From the IMG/VR virus record IMGVR_UViG_3300048123_000029, positions 884 through 64,883 of that record: a DNA stretch of 64,000 nucleotides; one strand, given 5' to 3'. The stretch's first letter is position 1. Every line of letters begins with the position of its first letter. A program made the translations under genes and the position numbers. The notes under the pieces are model-generated. The model was not told the origin of the DNA and did not search any database. It saw only the letters and a list, made by a program, of their open reading frames with translations. Positions 52,789 to 59,945 of this stretch are shown in pieces. The stretch is from a virus. Its lineage: Duplodnaviria > Caudoviricetes.

Positions 52789-53631
52789 TTACTCATAGTT
52801 ACGTAGTGTTTTATACAGAGGATGACGATAGCTACCAGCTTTTGTACGTTCAAAATATGTAAACGTAGCACGCTTGCCAATATAGTCATGCACATTGTTT
52901 AGAATGTAGCGACGATCATCAAAGTTGTAGCCTTTGCCGATAGGGCAGCCGAACTCAACGCCATCGTCATCTTGCATAAGAAACTTACCGATTAGACCGG
53001 TAAATTTACCTTTGCCCGCTTCGTAGCCAACAATAGTAGCTTCGGTGTCGTGAAAGTCTTTAAACTTTTGAAGGTTGTAAGAACGTTTACATTCGTACGG
53101 TTTGTCAAGACGCAGTATAGAACCTTCGTAGCCATTAGCTAAGAAAGCGTCGTTGTGCATGTTTAAAGCCTCTTCGTATTTATCAACTAGGTATGTGTTA
53201 GTAAATTTAACACAATAGCTTTCCGGCAGTTCATTTTTAAGCCATGTAATTCGGCTAGAAAATTTAGCACGGCGAAGTGCAGGACCCGGGATATAGTCGT
53301 AGCAATGAAACTGTACATATCCAGCGGACTCAACTCGATCACCTTCTGTTGGCTTTGTTTTACGAACAAGTGAGATAATTTTTTCGAAGTCATCTTTTAG
53401 TTCGTGGTTGTACAATTCGCCATCGAGTACCACATCAGGATACGTTTCGAAGAACGGTTCGAGGTTTGCGGTAATGTGATGGATATTAAGCCACTCTTTA
53501 CCGGTGCGTGAGTAAGCGCCGTCTTTAGATATTACACAGCGTACGCCGTCAAGCTTAGGTTGTATAAATACTTTCTCGGACCAGTCGACTTCTTTCTTGC
53601 CTACTTTGTATGCGAGCATTGGTTTTATCAT
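52789..53631 (-). CDS. ATP-dependent DNA ligase
   Basis: QPKLDGVR, LDGELY, EGSILR, KRS..LQKFK, C-terminal OB fold. Confidence 0.93.
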   Translation of the reverse strand: MIKPMLAYKVGKKEVDWSEKVFIQPKLDGVRCVISKDGAYSRTGKEWLNIHHITANLEPFFETYPDVVLDGELYNHELKDDFEKIISLVRKTKPTEGDRVESAGYVQFHCYDYIPGPALRRAKFSSRITWLKNELPESYCVKFTNTYLVDKYEEALNMHNDAFLANGYEGSILRLDKPYECKRSYNLQKFKDFHDTEATIVGYEAGKGKFTGLIGKFLMQDDDGVEFGCPIGKGYNFDDRRYILNNVHDYIGKRATFTYFERTKAGSYRHPLYKTLRNYE

Positions 53632-53912
53632 AATCTATTTATTTTGTTTTCTATATATTTAATTTTATTGTGTATAATCGCAGCTTTTTCGAACTGCTCT
53701 TTTTCTTCGTATCCAGATAGCAATGTCATTAATCTAGCTAACTCAGCGAGTAATAACTCTTCTTCATTAACAAGTTCAGCGTTAGTACCTGTGAACATTT
53801 GATTTACGTCAGTGGTGAATTGCTGATCCCATTCTTTCTGCTTTTCAATTAAGCCGATCATAACAAGGTCAGCAACTCTTACCGCTAACTGTTCAATTTC
53901 ATCTTCAGTCAT
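53628..53912 (-). CDS. UVR-motif coiled-coil protein
   Basis: C-terminal EQFEKAAIIHNKI. Confidence 0.55.
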   Translation of the reverse strand: MTEDEIEQLAVRVADLVMIGLIEKQKEWDQQFTTDVNQMFTGTNAELVNEEELLLAELARLMTLLSGYEEKEQFEKAAIIHNKIKYIENKINRL

Positions 53913-54136
53913 TAACCTACTTTATTATATTCCCACTGGCCAATGATGTGGCTATTAATAAATTTACCTTTAGATGAAGCATTAAATAAGCCGTGCCAGT
54001 AAAAAGATGGTACACGCTCATAGTCGTAAACAACGCCGCTTTTATAAAATAACGTTAGTCTTTTAGTTACGTTGTTGTACTTTGCATCATGGATGCACTC
54101 GGAGTCCACTAGGACTTTTTCAATTATATTACTCAT
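53912..54136 (-). CDS. KTSC-domain protein
   Basis: DSECIHDAKY...L.L.YKSG..YDY..VP...L.NASSKGKF.N..I. Confidence 0.85.
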   Translation of the reverse strand: MSNIIEKVLVDSECIHDAKYNNVTKRLTLFYKSGVVYDYERVPSFYWHGLFNASSKGKFINSHIIGQWEYNKVG

Positions 54137-54149
54137 AGTTTTAATTTAT

Positions 54150-54184
54150 TATATTATCGATTATACTTCGTGTTAAGTTTGTAA
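54150..54184 (-). promoter_or_regulatory. Early promoter-like motif, copy 1
   Basis: Minus-strand consensus TTACAAA-N3-AAYACGA-N8-CGATAATATA; 13 nt upstream of the KTSC ATG. Confidence 0.8.
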
Positions 54185-54185
54185 A

Positions 54186-54800
54186 TTAGTGAAACACTAA
54201 ACCTACCTTGTGATTTTTACTAAACCACTTTGTTGCCATCAGATCAATACTAGAAGCATCCACATAACCGTTAGATACAAGATCGCTATTAGTAGAAAAG
54301 ATTTTTGTGTGTCTGTGTTTTCTTTCATTTATCATATGTTTTTGCTTGCCTGAATCACTGAATATTATATCGTAATTACTTGGCAATGAAGTCTTTAGCA
54401 TCATATCTACCATATTGGTATAACTGTAAAACCGTACGCTTGGGTTGTGTATAGCAACTTCAATCCACTTTTTTAGATATGCGGGTGAGTAGTAATCTCC
54501 GCTATCATGGACTCTGACGTAATCAGGTTTCTTCTTACGTATTTCAGCGTTCATAGCCTCAACAAAGTTGTCAGTCTTTGTTAGCTGATAACGCTTCTCA
54601 AACGCCGGTTTTACATTAGACCAGATGTAGGCTCCTTTCTTGGCATAACAAAATTTAACGCATTCGTCAGCCATCGGGCATGTCAACTTACCACTTGCAG
54701 ATTTATATGCAGGTATACCGAAGTTAAACACGCGAAGCCCGAGTTCTTTACTTGTCTTTTTTAGTTTACTGTTCTGTGTCAGGAGATTCATAGTACTCAA
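54186..54800 (-). CDS. GP88-like protein (Cys-cluster, radical-SAM-related)
   Basis: TCPMADECVKFCYA, RVHDSGD, FYSYT. Confidence 0.7.
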   Translation of the reverse strand: MSTMNLLTQNSKLKKTSKELGLRVFNFGIPAYKSASGKLTCPMADECVKFCYAKKGAYIWSNVKPAFEKRYQLTKTDNFVEAMNAEIRKKKPDYVRVHDSGDYYSPAYLKKWIEVAIHNPSVRFYSYTNMVDMMLKTSLPSNYDIIFSDSGKQKHMINERKHRHTKIFSTNSDLVSNGYVDASSIDLMATKWFSKNHKVGLVFH

Positions 54801-54978
54801 TTATTTTTTCAATATCGTCTTCCATGTTTATAATGTCCCGCGCATATTCTAGCAAATCTTTAAATCCAGATAGTTCATAACTACTGAATTCATACACATC
54901 ACGCTCTTCGATCGCGTAGATGCAGTCTCTCATATCTTTTGCCGTGTTTTCGAAGCGGCAATAACTCATATTTGGCAT
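54766..54978 (-). CDS. Hypothetical early protein
   Basis: MPNMSYCRFENT..D..DC. Confidence 0.6.
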   Translation of the reverse strand: MPNMSYCRFENTAKDMRDCIYAIEERDVYEFSSYELSGFKDLLEYARDIINMEDDIEKIIEYYESPDTEQ

Positions 54979-54988
54979 AATTTTAGTA

Positions 54989-55273
54989 TTAGTCTAGCAA
55001 TACCATATAGGCTTCAATATTGTTTTTTTGAAACCAACGTAGTGCTTTGTGAAATTCATTTATTTGTTTACTTGTTACTGTTTTAGGTGCAACTTCCATT
55101 ACATACTGGCTACCCATAATAAAATCGTACATCGATAGCTCAACACCGTTTAGATCGTATGTTTCGCCGCTGAACGGGTTTGTTACTGTTTCACCATTTT
55201 CGTATATCATACCAGTAAACCATTTAGGCACCGACTGTTTCGTCTTCTCTTTCGTACTCATAACCTTCTTCAA
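54989..55273 (-). CDS. Hypothetical early protein
   Basis: VTNPFSGE...YDFIMG...AYMVLLD; start uncertain. Confidence 0.6.
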   Translation of the reverse strand: MKKVMSTKEKTKQSVPKWFTGMIYENGETVTNPFSGETYDLNGVELSMYDFIMGSQYVMEVAPKTVTSKQINEFHKALRWFQKNNIEAYMVLLD

Positions 55274-55685
55274 TTAGTTCGTTTTCAATTTCTTTTTTCT
55301 TATCATTGTAATAGTCGTCATATACTTCTTCAACAACTTCTTGAAAAGCATAGTCTTCATCATCAAGCTGGTCGTAGTATATGCTAGCGCCATCAATCAT
55401 AGCGTCAGGCATTTTTTCTAACCAGTCGTTATCGTAATAGTATACGTCTTCATTAACATTAGGGTTGCGATCATTGTCGGTTGCAATCCATACTTCATAG
55501 CCATCGGCAGTTGTTTCAGTATAAAACATCATGTCAGGTCTATTAGGCCAGTCGCTAGTTATCTTAAAATCAAAGTGATTAGCTATAGTTTTAAGCATGT
55601 AGTCATGGTCTAAATCTTCTCTTTCAAGTACGTTAATTTTACGTAACCTAGCGGCTATCAATTCGTCAGTTAGTATTTTACTCAT
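55224..55685 (-). CDS. Acidic hypothetical early protein
   Basis: 153 aa, very D/E/Y-rich. Confidence 0.6.
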   Translation of the reverse strand: MSKILTDELIAARLRKINVLEREDLDHDYMLKTIANHFDFKITSDWPNRPDMMFYTETTADGYEVWIATDNDRNPNVNEDVYYYDNDWLEKMPDAMIDGASIYYDQLDDEDYAFQEVVEEVYDDYYNDKKKEIENELIEEGYEYEREDETVGA

Positions 55686-55929
55686 AGTCTTTAGATATTA
55701 AAATGTTATCGCCGTATTTAAAATCCCACGCTGAAACTCTCATAAGCTCAAGGTTAGAAAATGTATATAACGAGCTAACGTCGCTAATTTTTAAGTCACT
55801 ATAAAATGTAGTGCTTGAAAAAGCCTCGACTATAGAGTCAATAGAAGCTTTGTATTTGTCGTTTTCAGAGGAATGTAACGCCTCTTTGATTTCAGGCTTT
55901 AGCCTTTCATAAATTGTTAGTCTACTCAT
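55678..55929 (-). CDS. Hypothetical early protein
   Basis: 83 aa, directly after promoter copy 2. Confidence 0.6.
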   Translation of the reverse strand: MSRLTIYERLKPEIKEALHSSENDKYKASIDSIVEAFSSTTFYSDLKISDVSSLYTFSNLELMRVSAWDFKYGDNILISKDYE

Positions 55930-55943
55930 GTTTGTTTGATTTA

Positions 55944-56150
55944 TTATATTATCGATTCTTGTTCGTATTCAATTTGTAAATTTTCTAACGCTATTTTATA
56001 ACCAAAGTTAATCGCCATTTGCATTAGTATTAAAGAGCCTTGACCGCATCCGCCAGCAAAGTTCTCTAGTTGTTCTCTGTCTTCAGGCGTTGCTACAATA
56101 CCTCGATCGAGCTTCGCCATTTCTGTTTTTATGTATTTATTTATTTCCAT
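55944..56150 (-). CDS. Hypothetical early protein
   Basis: Start moved to MEINKY (56150) because the longer track ORF runs through the tRNA-like element. Confidence 0.55.
   Translation of the reverse strand: MEINKYIKTEMAKLDRGIVATPEDREQLENFAGGCGQGSLILMQMAINFGYKIALENLQIEYEQESII
55945..55979 (-). promoter_or_regulatory. Early promoter-like motif, copy 2
   Basis: + strand TATATTATCG-attcttgt-TCGTATT-caa-TTTGTAA. Confidence 0.8.
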
Positions 56151-56152
56151 AG

Positions 56153-56221
56153 TGGACGTGGCAGGAATCGAACCTGCGTTTAGGTAATGCACAAAGCAGA
56201 ACCCCTATCCATTTCACGCCC
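56153..56221 (-). ncRNA. tRNA-like RNA (tmRNA tRNA-like domain or D-armless tRNA-Ala mimic)
   Basis: Acceptor GGGCGTG/CACGTCC with G3-U70 and A73; T-arm GCAGG-TTCGATT-CCTGC; no D stem; no encoded CCA. Confidence 0.7.
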
Positions 56222-56225
56222 AATT

Positions 56226-56462
56226 GAGAGGTGGACGGGACTGGAATGTTAGGAATGCACGTCATTTACTAGTATGCCCTGACTTATATCCTTTTATCTG
56301 TTTTATCCCGTCTTTCGCCTGCATACGTATCTCATCTCCGAGTTTCTATATGCGACAGCTTCCAACCTTAAACCTCTCTGTAGTGTGTCAAACATCCTTT
56401 CTGCTGCTTGCCGATTAGCAAGTTTCAACCATTCGTCATGGTCTTAGTGGGAAACACGCTAC
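56226..56462 (-). ncRNA. Candidate structured RNA leader of the tRNA-like element
   Basis: About 235 nt without a convincing ORF, containing several nested helices (see findings). Confidence 0.4.
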
Positions 56463-56647
56463 TTACGTCGCCAAGATCGGTGCACTGATGCGCTTACCTC
56501 TTGACTGACAATTTGTATTGTATTGCCCGTTTTATGCTCAATGATTGGGACATACGAGTATGTTTTAGTTGTTGAGCACTTCACACACGTGTTATATCCT
56601 AAGTCTAAACGGACAGGGTGTACTTTATTTCCACATCTACAATACAT
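56459..56647 (-). CDS. Small Zn-finger protein
   Basis: YCRCG...HPVRLDLGYNTCVKCS. Confidence 0.65.
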   Translation of the reverse strand: MYCRCGNKVHPVRLDLGYNTCVKCSTTKTYSYVPIIEHKTGNTIQIVSQEVSASVHRSWRRK

Positions 56648-56672
56648 AGTTTAATTTTTTATTTGTTACATT

Positions 56673-56707
56673 TATATTATCGATTTGCGTTCGTATTACA
56701 TTTGTAA
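56673..56707 (-). promoter_or_regulatory. Early promoter-like motif, copy 3
   Basis: TATATTATCG-atttgcgt-TCGTATT-aca-TTTGTAA. Confidence 0.8.
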
Positions 56708-56709
56708 AT

Positions 56710-56841
56710 TTAATACATATCCGCCTGCCACTGAGGTATACCTGCGTTGTATCTCTCCCAATACTGACGCTCGATCGCCTCTATTTGCACTCTTGTGAGT
56801 GGTTTGTGGCTAAATTTTCGTTGTTTTCTTTGTTTCTTCAT
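56710..56841 (-). CDS. Small hypothetical protein (43 aa, not in ORF track)
   Basis: MKKQRKQRKFSHKPLTRVQIEAIERQYWERYNAGIPQWQADMY. Confidence 0.45.
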   Translation of the reverse strand: MKKQRKQRKFSHKPLTRVQIEAIERQYWERYNAGIPQWQADMY

Positions 56842-57007
56842 ACATTTTAGCTATTGCGAGGTGCATAACGTGGCTGTGTATAGCATTAAAGTCATCACCG
56901 TCTTGTTCAAAATCCGATAGTTGCCATTCAACACTATCATACATTAGTTCCATTGTGACGTCAGCGACACCTTGTGCGATTTCGTCAAGTTCTTTCATTT
57001 TACTCAT
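56810..57007 (-). CDS. Hypothetical early protein
   Basis: 65-aa ORF. Confidence 0.55.
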   Translation of the reverse strand: MSKMKELDEIAQGVADVTMELMYDSVEWQLSDFEQDGDDFNAIHSHVMHLAIAKMYEETKKTTKI

Positions 57008-57116
57008 AGATATATTCTTCCATTGCGTTAATAAAATCGTTTTTATCGATTATTTTAGAGTCATAGCAGTTTAAATTGTATATAAACGCTTCGTATAATT
57101 CTTTATTAGTTGCCAT
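57000..57116 (-). CDS. Small hypothetical protein (38 aa, not in ORF track)
   Basis: MATNKELYEAFIYNLNCYD...; overlaps both neighbours. Confidence 0.45.
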   Translation of the reverse strand: MATNKELYEAFIYNLNCYDSKIIDKNDFINAMEEYIYE

Positions 57117-57348
57117 TTACAAAATCTTTATGTTTAGTTACCATCCATTCGCAATTGGAAAGCTTATGACCTGCACCGTGTAGGAATGCTTCGATTACTT
57201 CACTGTCGTCAGTTAAATCACTTACATCATATCTATATGCTTTGCCATCGGTATAGTCCATAATGAATACCCATTGTGCTTTTTGATGGTACGGTTTTTC
57301 GTTATTTTCTTCTTGCATCTCGTGCCATTTAGTTATTGTATCACTCAT
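57106..57348 (-). CDS. Hypothetical early protein
   Basis: 80-aa ORF. Confidence 0.6.
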   Translation of the reverse strand: MSDTITKWHEMQEENNEKPYHQKAQWVFIMDYTDGKAYRYDVSDLTDDSEVIEAFLHGAGHKLSNCEWMVTKHKDFVNGN

Positions 57349-57350
57349 AA

Positions 57351-57647
57351 TTAGTCTCCTGTATAGTTATCCCACCGGGTTTTACTCGCGTAGTACTCTG
57401 CACATCCGGCGTCATGCAGTCTACGTAATTCAGTATATCGATCGATATTATCTATTTTATCGTCAATTCTAGCTTTCATTTCAGCTTCTGTTTGGGCTGG
57501 TAAGTAGCTAACATTATAAGGCGCGAAGTTAAAGTGTTCACAGCCGTAACCGCTAGCTTGCTTACCGTTCCAAGTAGTCCACTCTTTGTAGTGGTAGGGA
57601 ATACCCCTATGCAAAAGCATCCCAGATAGTTTTTTTGTCTTCGACAT
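57351..57647 (-). CDS. Hypothetical early protein
   Basis: 98-aa ORF ending YTGD. Confidence 0.6.
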   Translation of the reverse strand: MSKTKKLSGMLLHRGIPYHYKEWTTWNGKQASGYGCEHFNFAPYNVSYLPAQTEAEMKARIDDKIDNIDRYTELRRLHDAGCAEYYASKTRWDNYTGD

Positions 57648-57810
57648 AAGTTAAGCCTTTGTAGTTAAACCATTGATAAATTCCGTCTTTATCTTTATCT
57701 TCATTATATTTGAAACCGAATGAAGGTGGCAGATTGCCTACTGTGTATGGTTTGAATTTAATACCATTAAGTTTAATAGATTTGTCGGTTGAAATTTTAA
57801 ATGTTTGCAT
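57607..57810 (-). CDS. Hypothetical early protein
   Basis: FKPYTVGNLP..F...WFNYKGLTY. Confidence 0.6.
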   Translation of the reverse strand: MQTFKISTDKSIKLNGIKFKPYTVGNLPPSFGFKYNEDKDKDGIYQWFNYKGLTYVEDKKTIWDAFA

Positions 57811-57834
57811 AGTATATTATTTATTTTATTCAAT

Positions 57835-57869
57835 TATATTATCGATTTGTGGTCGTGTTTATTTTGTAA
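57835..57869 (-). promoter_or_regulatory. Early promoter-like motif, copy 4
   Basis: TATATTATCG-atttgtgg-TCGTGTT-tat-TTTGTAA. Confidence 0.8.
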
Positions 57870-58110
57870 AAGTGCCATCGTGGTACATAGTGTGTATGTT
57901 ATTAGAGAACCTTTGTGTTTCCCACAGTTTAGTGTGTGAATGAGTTCTACCTTTGTTACCAGCACCTTTAGCTCGTACTTGTACACGTTTGTATTCTCGA
58001 TCGGTTAAGCCAGAGCAATAGTCACCTCTAGTTACTTCGATTCTATGTTTGCGATTCTTCGCTAGTCTTGAGTTTTTAACGTACTCACACGCTTCTTTCA
58101 TTGTCATCAT
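57859..58110 (-). CDS. Hypothetical basic early protein
   Basis: 83-aa ORF. Confidence 0.55.
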   Translation of the reverse strand: MMTMKEACEYVKNSRLAKNRKHRIEVTRGDYCSGLTDREYKRVQVRAKGAGNKGRTHSHTKLWETQRFSNNIHTMYHDGTFTK

Positions 58111-58394
58111 TGTACATTTCGTTTTACCCAGTTAATAATATATTCAAGTCGATCGAGTTCGTTAGGTATTAGTACTCGTTTGTGGTTATAGATAGTTACA
58201 TCCATTCTACCCCTGCCGTGCCATACGCCCGTCCAATACTCGTCTTTAATTTTTACCACTTTGTTTATTTGGTATAACCTGTCGAGTCGGTTGCTATCAA
58301 TTCTTATATAACCTGATTGATAAGATTTTATTTTACGTCCGTCGTTTAGTAGGAACGTGGTAGTTCCGTTATTATTTATTTCTATTAGTTTCAT
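58107..58394 (-). CDS. Hypothetical early protein
   Basis: SYQSGYIR...YQINK. Confidence 0.6.
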   Translation of the reverse strand: MKLIEINNNGTTTFLLNDGRKIKSYQSGYIRIDSNRLDRLYQINKVVKIKDEYWTGVWHGRGRMDVTIYNHKRVLIPNELDRLEYIINWVKRNVQ

Positions 58395-58399
58395 ACTTA

Positions 58400-58434
58400 T
58401 ATATTATCGTTAGGTAATCGTATTAGTTTTGTAT
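58400..58434 (-). promoter_or_regulatory. Early promoter-like motif, copy 5
   Basis: TATATTATCG-ttaggtaa-TCGTATT-agt-TTTGTAT. Confidence 0.78.
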
Positions 58435-58593
58435 TTTGTTTATTAAATCGTTTGCTAACATTTCATATGTTTCGCCATCTTCTAGGTCACATTCGTATTT
58501 AACGAAGTTCCATAGTTCTCGGTAATTGTTTTCGTCTTTAGAGTATAATTCCTTGAAGTACTCTATAGTATCGTCATTCCAGTGAAATTCCAT
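58423..58593 (-). CDS. Small acidic protein (56 aa, not in ORF track)
   Basis: MEFHWNDDTIEYFKELYSKD... Confidence 0.55.
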   Translation of the reverse strand: MEFHWNDDTIEYFKELYSKDENNYRELWNFVKYECDLEDGETYEMLANDLINKIQN

Positions 58594-58594
58594 A

Positions 58595-58729
58595 TTATTT
58601 AAATTTAGCCGCTACTTCGTAGATTTCTTGTTTGTCGTCGTAATCTAAACCTTCAGTTTGATTAGCGTACATTCTTAATACATAGTGTACAAAGACACAA
58701 TCGTTTTCGGTGAGTTTAATATTTTTCAT
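58595..58729 (-). CDS. Small protein (44 aa, not in ORF track)
   Basis: MKNIKLTENDCVFVHYVLRMYA... Confidence 0.55.
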   Translation of the reverse strand: MKNIKLTENDCVFVHYVLRMYANQTEGLDYDDKQEIYEVAAKFK

Positions 58730-58860
58730 TTGTTAGTTGATTTATAGTAGTTAATTCTTTCTAAGACTTCTTGTCTTTCTATAAGACCCTCCATTTGCTG
58801 TAAAACATCGGTAGACATATCTATTTGTTTTCCGTTTTCACAAGTAAGTATAAATTGCAT
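58726..58860 (-). CDS. Small protein (44 aa, not in ORF track)
   Basis: MQFILTCENGKQIDMS...; ATGA overlap with the next gene. Confidence 0.55.
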   Translation of the reverse strand: MQFILTCENGKQIDMSTDVLQQMEGLIERQEVLERINYYKSTNK

Positions 58861-58883
58861 AGTAGTTATTTTTTAAATTCATA

Positions 58884-58918
58884 TATATTATCGAATACAC
58901 CTCGTATTGACTTTGTAA
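58884..58918 (-). promoter_or_regulatory. Early promoter-like motif, copy 6
   Basis: TATATTATCG-aatacacc-TCGTATT-gac-TTTGTAA. Confidence 0.8.
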
Positions 58919-59006
58919 AAAGTATATAATTTGTTTATTAGTTAAAATAGTATTACAGGTATTGTACTCTACCTCTAAGTACCTAGAAAATTATTTACCC
59001 AAATAG

Positions 59007-59053
59007 TGTGACAATAGGGTGTTAAGTATATATAATAAGAAGCTATCGTCGCA
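59007..59053. repeat. 47-bp dyad element, copy 2
   Basis: TGTGACAATAG-N25-CTATCGTCGCA. Confidence 0.7.
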
Positions 59054-59188
59054 TACCGATCGATTGAATAAGTTATAGGTGGTTGCTATACACATCAGTT
59101 ACGATGCATACCTGCGATCTGTTCAACGTTATTTATACTGGTGATGCACACATCTCAACGCGCCAGTCCCGTTAGGGTTTGAACTAGA

Positions 59189-59503
59189 TTACTTTACTTC
59201 GTCTAGTTCAATTCTTTCGATTACATTAGTTCGAACATTCGAAGGCATATCGGTACTTTGAGACCAGTAACCTCTTTTAATCCAGCAAGGCATAATGTTT
59301 AGTTTAGGTAACATTACTTTAAGAACCTCATCGTGATTGTAAGTAATCTTTTGATTTTTGTTATTTACAAAGGTAATGATTTGGTTTCTACCGTACCAAG
59401 ATTTACGGACTACGAAGTTTTTACGTTCGATCGGTGGGAAGATTTCATTTAGTTCTTCTTTAGATAGTTTTGAAATTACTTCAGTTAATTTAGAATTTGA
59501 CAT
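59189..59503 (-). CDS. Hypothetical early protein
   Basis: 104-aa ORF after promoter copy 7. Confidence 0.65.
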   Translation of the reverse strand: MSNSKLTEVISKLSKEELNEIFPPIERKNFVVRKSWYGRNQIITFVNNKNQKITYNHDEVLKVMLPKLNIMPCWIKRGYWSQSTDMPSNVRTNVIERIELDEVK

Positions 59504-59536
59504 ATTTATTAATTTTAATTATTATTTATTTACATT

Positions 59537-59571
59537 TATATTATCGAATACCGTTCGTATTCAGTTTGTAA
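59537..59571 (-). promoter_or_regulatory. Early promoter-like motif, copy 7
   Basis: TATATTATCG-aataccgt-TCGTATT-cag-TTTGTAA. Confidence 0.8.
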
Positions 59572-59573
59572 GT

Positions 59574-59693
59574 TTAGTAGAAATCATAGTAGATATCTAA
59601 TACTTCAGACTTTTGTTCGTCTGTCAGCTGAGTGTAATGCTTATCGAATACTCTCCAGCTTATTTTCAATAGTGTGTAAGAAAAGTTTGACAT
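59574..59693 (-). CDS. Small protein (39 aa, not in ORF track)
   Basis: MSNFSYTLLKISWRVFDKHYTQLTDEQKSEVLDIYYDFY. Confidence 0.55.
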   Translation of the reverse strand: MSNFSYTLLKISWRVFDKHYTQLTDEQKSEVLDIYYDFY

Positions 59694-59723
59694 AGTTTAA
59701 GATTTTAAAGGTTATTAATTATT

Positions 59724-59876
59724 TTAGTAGCAGATATCGCAAGGGATATGACCTGCTCCGTTGACAGCAACATCGTAGCTTATTGCAATTAATGCTGCGA
59801 TAATGAATGCTGTAGTTCCGATGACCAGTGCTTGGCCCGCATACTTTAGGATGACTTTGTGATTGAATTTGTACAT
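59724..59876 (-). CDS. Small single-pass membrane protein (50 aa, not in ORF track)
   Basis: MYKFNHKVILKYAGQALVIGTTAFIIAALIAISYDVAVNGAGHIPCDICY. Confidence 0.6.
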   Translation of the reverse strand: MYKFNHKVILKYAGQALVIGTTAFIIAALIAISYDVAVNGAGHIPCDICY

Positions 59877-59899
59877 AGTTATTATTTTTTGTATTCATA

Positions 59900-59934
59900 T
59901 ATATTATCGTTAACCGATCGTGCTAAGTCTGTAA
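59900..59934 (-). promoter_or_regulatory. Early promoter-like motif, copy 8 (first in the transcription direction)
   Basis: TATATTATCG-ttaaccga-TCGTGCT-aag-TCTGTAA. Confidence 0.75.
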
Positions 59935-59945
59935 ATGCTATACAT

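Noticed and set aside
56280-56325. tmRNA tag reading frame (GGC GAA... giving GERRDKTDKRI)
   Set aside because: It lies upstream of the tRNA-like domain rather than inside it, the order does not fit a permuted tmRNA, and there is no ALAA-like end.
56400-56450. Hammerhead ribozyme (CTAAGA-stem-GAAAC-stem)
   Set aside because: The core lacks CUGANGA and the NUH triplet, and there is no clear stem I; kept only as generic structure.
56673-56707. TAnnTTTG on the + strand of the motif as a host Bacteroidota -7 promoter
   Set aside because: Present in only 3 of 8 copies, antisense to all genes there, and without a -33 TTTG; probably a by-product of the motif.
41065-59876. Prophage or lysogeny module
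   Set aside because: No integrase, repressor/cro pair or flanking host genes were seen.
54150-59934. 35-bp repeats as a CRISPR array
   Set aside because: They are spaced roughly 360-1800 bp apart with genes between, have variable internal positions, and each lies upstream of a start codon.
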